Positions 18,582 through 40,009 of a stretch of 64,000 nt of DNA are shown piece after piece (position 1 is the first letter of the stretch; the number at the start of each line of letters is the position of its first letter). The position numbers and the translations under genes are program-made. The notes under the pieces are model-generated. The model searched no databases. It worked only from the letters and a program-made list of their open reading frames with translations, and was not told the DNA's origin. The stretch comes from the human T2T-CHM13v2.0 reference genome, Homo sapiens: NCBI RefSeq assembly GCF_009914755.1, contig NC_060939.1; one strand, 5' to 3'.

Positions 18582-19031
18582 TGTGGAGTTTAGGGAAAAG
18601 GAGTGGGGCTGGCAGGACTGAGGGAGAGCAAAAAGGAAAGGCAGATAAGCTACAAGTCTGCCTTTCTTCATGGTTCAGGACACATAGCCCTCCTGCGCTC
18701 ATATCTCACAATCTTCCTGTGCCCAGCTATCACCAGACCCTTGGCTTATAGAAAAATGCAAGTTAGCTAACTGCAACCTTGGTTGCAGTAATCAGTACTG
18801 CACAAAGCCCTCTTCAGCACACAGCACAAGCACCATTCTATAAAATCCCCAGCAAGCCTTTGTCTCCTCACAGTTAGCTCCTCTCTTGCTAACCAGCCCC
18901 TTGCACTCTTGCAATGTATTTTCATACTTTCTTTCATAAATCTGCCTTTCTTTACCTACAACTGTCTTGGTAAATTCTTCTTACTGCCCACACTGATACT
19001 GGCCTCAGATAGTCACTGCTCACCTGCAACG
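18582..19031 (+). mobile_element. ERV solo LTR, MER83-like (family uncertain)
   Basis: tgtggag...agggaaaaggag start; TATAAAA at ~18839; LTR-like 3' end. Confidence 0.6.
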
Positions 19032-19361
19032 GTTTATAAAATCAATAGGAGGCAAAATAAAATCTAAGTAGGCTTATAGCACAATCAACAACAATCATTA
19101 AGTCGGCTTGCCTTCTGTCCCAGTTCCTTGTAGTTGGTCACTACTCTTACTACCCAAGGATAACTAGCTCTTGTCCTCACAAAAGTCTTTTTTATTTTCC
19201 TGTTCTATAGATAAAATCTAAGACATTGTTAGATATATTTTTCCATTGAGCATCTCCTTTAGATTCTATATACCAACAAAATTACCATGCCAGCTAGTCC
19301 GAAGGACCCAGCAAAAAGCTGACTAATGAAAGAATAATTTCCACATCCTGATTTTAACCCC

Positions 19362-20036
<675 letters not shown>

Positions 20037-20344
20037 TCCACTTTACCCAACCAATCGATGACCCCAAATTTTCTAGTCCCTCACCCTCCACAACCCCCTT
20101 AAAAATCCTTGCCCAGAACCCTATGAGGAAACAGATTTCAAGCTTGAGAATTCCTCCTGCTTCCTTGTTTGGCATCTTGAGATTATTAAACTCTTCACTA
20201 CATGAGCAAAGTTGTGTGTTGCAAATTATTTTTAATTTTTAAAAAAGGAAAAAAATTAAACTCTCCAGTACAAACCCAGTTGTCAGTGTATGTCAGATGT
20301 CTATTGCTGTGTAGCTGGCATACAAACCTGGCAGTCCTATTACA

Positions 20345-20489
20345 TTATCAAAGTCAGGATATTGACATTGATACAAAACATGTCCATCACTACCAGTATT
20401 CCTCATTTGCCCTTTTATAGCCACATTCAGTTCTCTTCCTTAACCCATCTTCTCCTTAGCCATGAATCTATCCTCTACTTTTATAATTT

Positions 20490-20490
<1 letters not shown>
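20345..20490 (-). mobile_element. L1M 3' fragment, right half of the host of the LTR nest
   Basis: caggatattgacattgatac...gcccttttatagccac continues the fragment ending at 15861. Confidence 0.7.
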
Positions 20491-24520
<4,030 letters not shown>

Positions 24521-24564
24521 TATAAAGCTTTGTATTTTAAATATAGCTAGTAGAGGAGGCAACG

Positions 24565-24724
24565 AGAGGGATAGCATTAGGACAAATACCTAATGCATGC
24601 AGGGCTTAAAACCTAGATGATGGGTGCAGCAAACCACCATGGCACATGTATACCTATGTAACCTCCACGTTCTGCATATGTATCCCGGTATAAATAAAAT
24701 AAAATAAAATAAATTTAAAAAAAA
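24565..24724 (+). mobile_element. Short 5'-truncated L1PA 3' end
   Basis: gggatagcattaggacaaatacctaatgc...ccatggcacatgtatacctatg plus A-rich tail. Confidence 0.85.
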
Positions 24725-25073
24725 GGTAGTAGAGGCAGTCCCTCCTCTTTCTTGTTACATGTAGGATTCTGGAACCGGTCTACCTGGGGTTAAATCCTGG
24801 CTCTGTTACTTTGTGTGAGCTTGGGGAAGCTACTTAACCCCTCTGGGCTTCAGTTTCTTTATGAGAAGACTTGATTGTAGTATCCACCTCGGAGTTGTTA
24901 CATTAAGCACTATGTAAGTGTACTTTTTCACTTTGCTTGTTCACCATTCTTCCATATGAACTTGAGAATCAGCTTGCCTGACTTCAATGTAAAATTTTGG
25001 CGTCTTATATATATTATTTATAAAATAATTTATAATTTTATTATTTGTAATTTATAAAAAGTATATATTACTT

Positions 25074-25525
<452 letters not shown>

Positions 25526-26294
25526 TTAAGGATAATAGACATTTTTATAATAACGAGTTTCCCCACTGAACACAGGATAACACTTTTAATCAGATTTGCA
25601 AAAATACCTACCCATTCACTTCTTCCACTTCCACTACTTTAGCCCAAGCCATCATCTTTTCCTTGTCCTCTTAGTCTGTTCTCTCACACTGTAACCAAGT
25701 ATCACTTCTTTGTGCAAAACCTCCTGACAGCTTCTCATTTATGAGTCAAAGCCTGGAGCCAGGTACGGTGGCTCATGCCTGTAATCCCAACACTTTGGGA
25801 GGCCAATGTGGGAGGATGGCTTGAGCCCAGGAGTTCAAGGATGTTGTGATCCATGATAGTGCCAACTGCACTCCAGCCTGGGCGAGTGAGACCGCACCCT
25901 CCCCGCTCCCATCTCTTAAAAAGAAGAGTCAAATCTCAGAAGGGAATTGGAAAAATGCAAGACCAACTTTTAGTTGTGCTGCAGAAGAGAAGCAGCTGGG
26001 CAACAGGTGGAGAGGATTTGGGTTCAAGGAAGTTGTTTTGTTTGTATGCTGATGAGAACTAACCTCAAAAAGTGGAGGAAATTGTTGAACTAGGAGATAG
26101 AAGGGCAAGTGCTGAAGAAATGTTTTTAAGTAGGCCTCCAGTCACGTTTCCTTCCATTCATTTTCCTGAGCCTGCCCCCAACAATTTAAAAGGGACATCT
26201 GATCATGTTCAACTCCCCTGCTAAAACTTTCAATAACCCCCCACTACCTTCTGTAAAAACTTACAATTTAACCTGGCATACAAGACATTCCATT

Positions 26295-26636
<342 letters not shown>

Positions 26637-27590
26637 TAGCACTATGGTAGGTGCTGGTTATAGTTAACAAAACAGGCTGGGTCACCATCTTTGTGGAACT
26701 TATGGTGTAGTTGGAAAGATACGTAAATAAGCTTGGGAGATTTGCTATAGGACAGGAAATACTAAGCAGTGTTTGGATGCCACTGGGAATAATTCAGAAG
26801 GAAGGACACAGATACTATAGTAGAGACATGATCAAAAGAATTAAAGGCCTTGAGAAATGAGAGGGGATGATGAGACCCAGAGCATGTGGGGAGTGACTGA
26901 GTTTTGTAGGAGGGATACTTCAGTTGTAACTAGAGAGAAAGGTTGAGTGATGGAGTAGATAGATTTATAGATGGTGGGATGATGAATTCCATCAATGGTT
27001 TTTCAATGAAATGTGAAGCAAGATCCTTAGCTAGATGGAGAGGAGAATATTAAATGGTCATTTCAGAGTATTAACAAGAAGTTACAGTTGTTGCTTATTT
27101 CTTACCACCTACAGCTTCCTAGTTGTTGTTTTACACTTCTGAGATTTTGATTTAGTTCTCATTATTCTTTTCTGGCAAATTTCTACTTGTTCTTCCAGAC
27201 TTATCTAGGCCATCACTTTCTATGTCACCACACCTGGTACCTATCTCACTTCCACTATTAAAATACACTTTAGTTTGTATTTGTTTCCCCTACAAGACTA
27301 GTAAGATTCCTGAAAAACTTGGCCTGTGTCCCTAGTGTCAAGCGGGACATTTAAGTAAGGATTTTTGATAAATGTTTAACAGACATTGTCTGTGGAATCT
27401 ACAGCTAGAATTTATCTGATATGGAAGTGCCAAGGATTAATCAATCCCTAGAATGAAGCAGCTCATATGACATCTGTGCCCTTTTAAAAATGGCACTGTT
27501 TGGCTGTGCTTGTTGTTGTCAATGCAGAGTGCTCCTGCACCATTGCTGTATGGACACACCACCACGTTGGCTTTCATTTAGTCTTTTTGT

Positions 27591-27596
27591 TTTATT
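27591..27596 (-). terminator. CLPX: CLPX distal poly(A) signal AATAAA
   Basis: Plus-strand tttatt followed on the minus strand by a GU-rich element; further hexamers at 27970-27975 and 28474-28479. Confidence 0.7.
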
Positions 27597-28549
27597 CAAA
27601 TGTCAAAATGTAAGTTCCAAGATACAAATTATGTTTGATTTAAAAACATCGACTATGCTTTGTTAACAACTTCCAAAGCCAAATGTAAGTTGTTGTGACT
27701 AAAATGCCTCCCCAGTACATTTCTGGAGGATTAACCTTAATATGTTTAGCAGCTAGTCTGATTTCCACTCTACAAAAAGGAAAATGATGCTATAAGGGAA
27801 AGATAATGAACAAAGTTATAATATGTAAGACTTCCTGGGAAGAACTTGAACCATTACTAGGGAGACCAAGGAGAGGTGTTTCTGTTCCATACTATAGCAA
27901 CCAGCCTTAACACTCTGTAATACAAAGTGCATTTCTGGTCCTACCCAGCCATAAATACCATACATCCCTTTTATTAATTATATCAAAGAAAGCCCAACTC
28001 TTCATCAACAAGATTTAGAATTTCCTAATAGCTTTAGTTTTTCCCTAAAAAAAACTGTGTAAAAGGAAAGCTCGAGTCTATAAACCAAAAAAAAAAACCC
28101 ACAAATATTTACATGTACTCTGATTTAAACAATTTCAAATGAGATTAAACTGAATGAATATAGAACTTGTACCACCATTATAGAAGGAAAGAAAAAAAGC
28201 TTAAAAGGTACCCAAATATTTTAATATTTATGGAATTAAATGATACAATTTTCATTAAGACCCCAAATATCCCACCACTTTTTAGCTTTGCTGTATAATG
28301 AAGGTTAGTAACTTATATGTTAGTGTGAACACATTTACTTTGGCTGATAGCAAAACATAGATTTTTTAAAATGTTCTAAGAAGCCAAAGAATTAGACCAA
28401 AATGTTCAGCACCAAAAAACAAAACAAAAAAACTAGCTCAATACTTCAGGTTAAATACACAATATCAAGAAATTTTATTTAGGTCAGCACATGGCTGTTA
28501 CTATGACTGATACTGCATGCTATTTCTAGAATTAGATATGTATCTTTCT

Positions 28550-28845
28550 GGCTGGATGCGGTGGCTCATGCCCGTAATTCTAGCACTTTCAGAGGCCAAG
28601 GTGGCCGATTGCCTGAGCTCAGGAGAGACCAGCCTGGGCAACATGGCGAAACCCCGTCTCTACTAAAAATACAAAAAATTAGCCAGGTGTGGTGGTGCAC
28701 GCCTGTAGTCCCAGCTACTCAGGAGGCTGAGGCATGAGTATCGCTTGAACCTGGGACTCAGAGGTTGCAGTGAGCCAAGATTGTGGCACTGTACTCCAGC
28801 CTGGGTGACACAGCGAGACTCTGTCTCAAAAAAATAAAATAAAAT
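28550..28845 (+). mobile_element. Alu in CLPX 3'UTR (antisense in the mRNA)
   Basis: Full dimer with degraded TSD tagatatgtatctttct / tagatatataactttct. Confidence 0.9.
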
Positions 28846-28932
28846 AGATATATAACTTTCTGAAGATTTAAGCCAGACTTCAATTCCATGTACTCACCCA
28901 TAGTACTAAAATGGATTAAAGATGGTAAATAA

Positions 28933-29323
<391 letters not shown>

Positions 29324-29390
29324 CTAGGAATACAGCTAAACCAATTATCAAAATATAGTTCTTCAGGGTATTTTTCAATGAAATGTTTAA

Positions 29391-29712
<322 letters not shown>

Positions 29713-29820
29713 TACCTGGTCCAATTTTTAAGATGAATAAAATTCCAATATTTTCAGAAACACATGTGGGTAAAAAAGGTAACACTAAAGAATGGTATCT
29801 CAATATTCAATTTTAAAGAA

Positions 29821-29826
29821 TTTATT
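29821..29826 (-). terminator. CLPX: CLPX proximal poly(A) signal AATAAA
   Basis: Plus-strand tttatt; ~350 nt after the stop; downstream GTGTTACCTTTTTT U/GU-rich element. Confidence 0.65.
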
Positions 29827-30176
29827 TTCCCATTTGTAGAGTAACATTATTGTAAAATCTACAGTTATCGCAATACCTGCATTGCTTAAAAGAATTCCTA
29901 AGAATTTTGTTAAAGCATATTTTTTTTAAAAAACTGAACCAAAATAATGTACATTTTATCTCTAAACATTGTGTCATTAAAGTCCATATAACATCTTCCG
30001 TAAAATCAATGTGATGTTACAATTATATACATGATCTGATTCTTCTCCTAAAGGCTTCTCTGACCATGTATGATATCCAAGATAGATCCAATGCCTTTAA
30101 TATCAGACTGTAGAGACAATTATGATCCTAAACAAAAGAAGGAAAAGCTGTATATACAAGACAGCAATATGACAGT

Positions 30177-30413
<237 letters not shown>

Positions 30414-31262
30414 TTAGGCCGGACACAGTGGCTCACATCTGTAATCCCAGCATTTTGGAAGGCCGAGGAGGGCTGATCACTTGAGGTCAGGAGTTCGAGA
30501 CCTGCCTGGCCAACATGTTGAAACCCCATCTCTACTAAAAATACAAAAATTAGCCGGGTGTGGTGGCACACACCTGTAGTCCCAGCTACTCAGGAGGCTG
30601 AGGCAAGGGAATCGCTTGAACCCAGGAAGTGGAGGTTGCAGTAAGCCGAAATCATACCACTGCACTCCAGTCTGGGCGACAGAGCAAGACTGAGTCTCAA
30701 AAAAAAAAAAAAAAAAAAAGATTGCTTAGTAATATGGGAAACAGACTATACAACCAAGAGTTGCAAATAAACTTCCCAGCATTTTCCCTGACAAATTTAT
30801 TACTGGGAGAAAAAAAAAAAAAAAAAAAAAAAAGGACAATATGGCTTCAATTGTGAAGGCTTAAAAAATCCTCTTCTCCAAGAAAGTATCATCTGTTATT
30901 TCAACTCAAATGCTGGAACTTAGCATATGTATATGGTAAAGAAGCTATTTCTGATCACATCCGTCTTGTCTCGAACTAGTAAAAATGATAATTCAGGTCA
31001 CCACAATTCCTTTAAAAGCCATACGTCAATGTCATTAAACAATAAAAATAAAAGATTATATCTCTCTGGATAACTAAGGTTGTTCAAAACACATCAACTG
31101 CCTCTAAAGTTATCTTGGAACACAAGCAAACATAAAACATAACATACCTTATGATTTGAGTTAAACAGAAACCTAGCTTTTGTGTAGGTAACATTAATGT
31201 CAAGCATTGCATAGTAAACATTTATTGAATAAATCAGGGGTTAGGAAACTGTAGCTTGCTAG

Positions 31263-31517
<255 letters not shown>

Positions 31518-31781
31518 TGATCCGCCCACCTCGGCCTCCTGAAGTGCTGGGATTACAGGTGTGAGCCACCACACCCGGCCTGATGATCAACTTTCAAAGA
31601 CTCACAAAATACTATTATTTTATAATACCCAAATTAGATTTTTCTACAGAAAACTTGAGATTATTGCTTCCCTTAGAAATATAATAATTTTTATGTAATT
31701 TTAAAATGACAAACCAATAAACATAGCAATGAGGAGCTCATCTTAAATTTTGTATCTGTTCTGGCTTGAAAATACACTTTA

Positions 31782-31889
<108 letters not shown>

Positions 31890-32097
31890 CTAAAGAAATA
31901 AAAAGTAATGAATCACATTGAAAACAGATTACATACAAGTGCTTTTATTCTATAAATCACAAATTGGAATCCATTCACTCAAGGAAAAAGAAACAAACAA
32001 AACAAATATATATATATATATAAACATATATATGGGATTATATATATAAACATATATATATATATATTTGGGATTATAGCTGTGATTACAGGCGTAA

Positions 32098-32376
<279 letters not shown>

Positions 32377-32435
32377 TAGGTGTGAGTTACCAGGCCCGAT
32401 CCCGATTTTCTGTGTCATTAATCATATTATGTCTA

Positions 32436-32796
<361 letters not shown>

Positions 32797-32851
32797 TCAA
32801 AATATATATACATATTTTCCAAAAGAAAAACAGGGAAGCTTAATATACTCA

Positions 32852-32992
<141 letters not shown>

Positions 32993-34086
32993 CTACAAAT
33001 ACATTAAAAATAAATTATAACTTTTATTGTTAATTTGTACCACCAGAAAATGTACCATTAAGTGAGGGCACAATTTCTCATGGTGTTTTGGAACCCTGCC
33101 TTCAAGAAGCACTTGTTTCTATCAATCCATGACAGTATCAGTATTATGAATTGCAAGTTTGTTCTGAAGCTTGAAGATGTTTTCTAGATTAACACGGACT
33201 CCCTAGGATTTTTTTCAACATTTACTAAACCTCTGTGTGTTACATACTAGGGATTTAATGATGAATAGACATCATCTTTGCCAAGCAACTTACAGTCTAT
33301 TGTGTGATGACAGATGACAGATTAGCAAACTAGCATTTATAGTCCAGTGTATGTACATGGAGCTAAGGGAGCAGCACAGGGGGAGACATCTAAATAAGAC
33401 TAGGGAACCACCGGAGGATTTTAAGCAAGGGAGTAAAAACATTAGCCTTATCTTTAATCATTCAATAAATATTTAAGAACTTAATATCTATTTGTTGGGC
33501 ACTGTTCTCAATGATCCATTCCAGAAGTAAAGAGGAAGATAATGATATTTTGGTGATAGTCACAGACAGACATGAGACAGGCAGACCAATTAAGAACTAA
33601 ATGCATGGGTCAAGGTGAATAATATCAAAGGGGCTTGACTTGAGGCAGTGGCAACGGAGAAGAAGAGACTGATATTTAGAGACACAAAGTTCACAAAACC
33701 CAAACCATTTGTTATCCAATTGGGTATGTGGGCTAGGTGTTTGGCTACAGAGAAGTATATGTGGGATTAATAAAACTCTATTTTGGCAAAATAATATAAA
33801 AATATACACAGTATGTCACAACAAAAGCATTTAGAATACCAAGACTGAAAGGACAATCCTGTATGTCTGGCTTGGAGGTGTTGAGGTAAGCTAATGGCAT
33901 TATTTTTCTTGGGCTTTAGGCTATAATGATGGTTTTAATTCAGAAAAAATAAAGACAACTCCTAAATTCTAACATAATACAATATGCCTTCCTTGATTCC
34001 TAGATCCATATTTAGTAAGGAATAGGCTGGTATTCTAGATGAGCAGAATTTGTTTTTGTTGTTAGGTTAATTTATGTAGAATTTCA

Positions 34087-34530
<444 letters not shown>

Positions 34531-35014
34531 CTATGAAGAAGGTTTTATTATCATTTACATTTTACAAAGGAAAAAAACAGGCTTAGAGAGTTTAATATCT
34601 TGACCAAAATCTTATTGCTGTAAGTGGCAAAGCCAGAATTTGAACTCAGGTCTGTCTGCCTTAGAGTTCTTGGCTCACTGCAACCTCCGCCTCCTGGGTT
34701 CAAGGGATTCTCCTGCCTCAGCCTCCCGAGTAGCTGGGATTACAGGCACCCACCACTACTCCTGGCTAATTTTTTGTATTTTTAGTAGAGACAGGGTTTC
34801 ATGTTGGCCAGGCTGGTCTTGAACTCCTGAGCTCAGGCAATCTGCCCGCCTTGGCCTCCCAAAGAACTGGGATTATAGGCATTGAGTCACCGCACCCTTC
34901 CCTGTATATTTCTGATATGCTCTAAGAAAACCCAACTCTTATAATTAAAACTATGACTGGTAGCCCGCAGATATGAGAATGGAAACTGAGTGTACATCCT
35001 TTAAATGCTCTCTA

Positions 35015-35209
<195 letters not shown>

Positions 35210-36187
35210 CTAAATAAAGAACAAATGATTTATAGCATCACCATATAAGCACATTATTTATTATACTTTAGACAATAGGATTAAATGGGGAAAACAATAT
35301 GTGATTATAGTCAATGCACATACCTAATGAAACTCCCACATTCCTATAACTAACAAGAAAATCTAATGCATTTATCACATTAATAATTAATACATTTATT
35401 TGAAATGGTTACAGAACTTGATGCATTGTAATTCAGGAAAACAGTCAACCTGAGAGGTTGTTTTTGATAGTAAAGACATAATTCTGACATAAACACAGAA
35501 TTATGACTGTATAAAATGGTGTTCAAGCACGGTGGGAACATTCAAAATTAGAAAATAGTTGAAGATATGTCTTTCACATAAATTAAAATTCTATTCCACT
35601 TACAGTATTAAACTTTGAGACTACCTATATTTGGAGATGCTTTTATAAAAAAAAATTTCCAGCACGTAAGTGTGATTATACCTATGTCTCTGTCAAAAAG
35701 TGAAACAATTTTCCTCACCCTTTAATAGTTTATGTCATAATTAGTTATCATTAAAAGGTCAAGTTGGCCAATAGATCATTGTGACTTCAATTATGGCTCT
35801 GCAAGGAATTAAACATTATTTTATACCTATCTTCTAAATAAGTGGAAGGAATAAGAAGCATGTACATAGTTCATTCATGTCTAGTTAGAATCATAACTTT
35901 CTTCAAAAGTCTTCTAGAAATGTTTAACTGGGCCTTTGAGGAATAAAAAAAAAAGATTAAATTTCATTTTTTCTGTTCTTCAAAATATTTTAAATTTCCT
36001 AACAAGGTAATTTGTTATTTCAAATTGTCAACAACTTTCTTTTAGGATCTAAACTACTTCAAAATGATATGTGGAGTTTGGGGGCGGAAGAAATAAAACA
36101 GAATCTAATTGAATGTGAAACCAAACGTACAATATTTGGGAGGTTGATGTATTCCCTTCCTTTTAGTGGGCTTGAACAAAATATTCA

Positions 36188-36292
<105 letters not shown>

Positions 36293-36994
36293 TTAAGGAG
36301 GATTCTATTTATAATACGAAAAAGATATACACAAGATAGCCTCAGCTTTAAAATACTTAGGTAGCTAGAGAACAAAGTTATTTGATCTTTCATACTTAAC
36401 ATATCCAATAGCTTGACATTATAAAAATGCACTTTTATTTCTTCCATCCATCATTTTGTACAACTGCTTTGTAATCTGCTCTACGGAGTAACATTTACGT
36501 ATGGTAACAAAATCTCCTTGACAACAGTGATTTGCCCCACTAATGTATATGAATTCTTTATAGTATGGAAGCAGGAGGTATCTGCAGTGCTAGTATTAAC
36601 AAAACTTTAGCTTACTCTTTCCCGCCTACATTCTTGTCTTAAAGAAATTTGAACAGGAAGCTGTCATGCTCTTCACGTGAACAAGAACAGATGATAAATG
36701 AAGGAGCAACGCAGCATCCATGACATCCTGTAGGTCAACAGGCTAAACTGTTTCTAGAGTCATCTGGTACCCTCCTCCCTTGCCCCTGCCCTGTCCTGTC
36801 TTAATCTAAGCATTAGAAGTCTTGAGGGGAGTTAAAACAAGAAAAGCAATGATAGTATTAAGGATCTAATAGGACAGTAATTTGGCTTGTTTTGAATCCT
36901 ACCAGCCAGCTTAGTGACAATAAGGCAAAGCAAACTATGTGGCCCTTAATCAGTATGCTAGAAATTATGTAACAAAGGTACTTTTATATAATTA

Positions 36995-37279
<285 letters not shown>

Positions 37280-37922
37280 TCACTAAAAGTTTACTGAAAA
37301 TATATTGGCACACAATTTTTCAATAAAAATGCAAAATAAATTTTAGTAGTATATAATAAAAAGTTGTCAATTGCTACATCCTTCCTCTGCTATTATTTTT
37401 TTTAGAGACAGGTTCTTGCTCTGTCACCCAGGCTGGAGTGCAGCCTGTGATCATGGCTCACTCCAGCCTCAATCTCCTGGGCTTAAGTGATCCTCCTGCC
37501 TCAGCCTCAGGACTACAGGCATGTGCTACCACGCCCAACTAATACTTTATTTTTTATAGAGATAGAGTCTTGCTCTGTTGCCTAGGCTGGTCTCAAACTC
37601 TTGGCCTCAAGTGATCCTCCCACCTTTGTCTCCCAAAATGCTGGGATTACAGGTGTGAGCCACTACATCCGATCTATTATTATTTAGATATAGCTGTTTT
37701 TTATTTTATTATTCCTGTGAAGATGTTAGGGATTGGCCTGAAGGGCAACACCAATGCCTCAAATCCAGTTTGTATTCTATGCAGGAATACTGATAGTGTA
37801 TCTAGATGACTGGCCTTAGATTTTCTTCTCAAGAGCCGTAATACTTCAATCGCAAGATACAGGTTATAGAATCATTTATATTCTGATTTTTAAAATGAGT
37901 AGTAAATTTTCTCAGCAAGTTA

Positions 37923-38180
<258 letters not shown>

Positions 38181-38725
38181 CTAAAACTAAATATCGACAT
38201 AGAAAAATTTAAGTATTTTGACATTCTGTCTTACCTACAAAGGAGAAAAATCTCAAATTATCTAGTGACAAACATATAGCACACAATGATTATATAAAGA
38301 ACCTCAAGCAAAGGAAATTGATTTTTTTTACTGTCCTTATTTATATAAATATGTAAGAATACTCCTTTACCCAAGGGAAGGCAATACAACAGAAGAGCAG
38401 AGCCAGGAGTTAGAAAGCTTTAGCTCTGGACCTTCCTTTGTCTCTAAGTAGAAGCTACATGATCTAGGGCAAGTCATATAAACTTTATGTTCCTGTTTCC
38501 TAATCAATAAAATCTACTAGAGAAACCAAATATGATACACCTTACTATCTCTGGCCCTATCTAAATCTCTAATTTTATTGGACCTGTACTGGATCTTTCT
38601 ATTTCCTTTATTAGAGACATAACACTTAACTAGATGTGACTGACATTGCTAATGACTAGATGGGACTGACATTGCTAGTGAGGTTATCAGTTTATCAGCC
38701 AGATTCCTACAAAAATAAATCTTTA

Positions 38726-39054
<329 letters not shown>

Positions 39055-39103
39055 TTATCCAGATTTGTAAATATTCAGATTGTTCTTGGTTCTTAGCATT
39101 TGA

Positions 39104-39487
<384 letters not shown>

Positions 39488-39940
39488 TGATTCAGAAAAT
39501 CAGACTTTCCAATGATTATTTTAATTAAACTGATAGAATAATAGTTTGGCAGACATATCTATTATCATGGTCCTATTCCATCTGGCTGTCACTTTCAAAC
39601 TATCTTCATACTTAAGGTAAAGGGTTATTCTATTCATCAAAAACAATAAGCATTCCATAAACATCTGGATTAAATTGTGCTACCTTTGAGGGTTAATAAT
39701 TAGTGAATAATTCACAATGTTGTGCCTCATTATAATCCACATCAGCCAAGAAAACTCAGTCTGCTGTATGAGGATAGTTAAATTGTCACTAGCAAAGTAC
39801 TTTTTAAAATTTCAGCAAAATCTGGTTAGGGATTGTGATAACATAGGAAGGGGCTTGGGTTAAGTTTAGCTCTGCCCAAAGGGAAAAAATGATTTAGATG
39901 TAGCTTCAGATCAGCAAGGCCAGCAGGTGCTTGTCATTCA

Positions 39941-39946
<6 letters not shown>

Positions 39947-40007
<61 letters not shown>
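39947..40007. repeat. (CT)n(CA)n compound microsatellite
   Basis: Direct reading. Confidence 0.95.
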
Positions 40008-40009
<2 letters not shown>

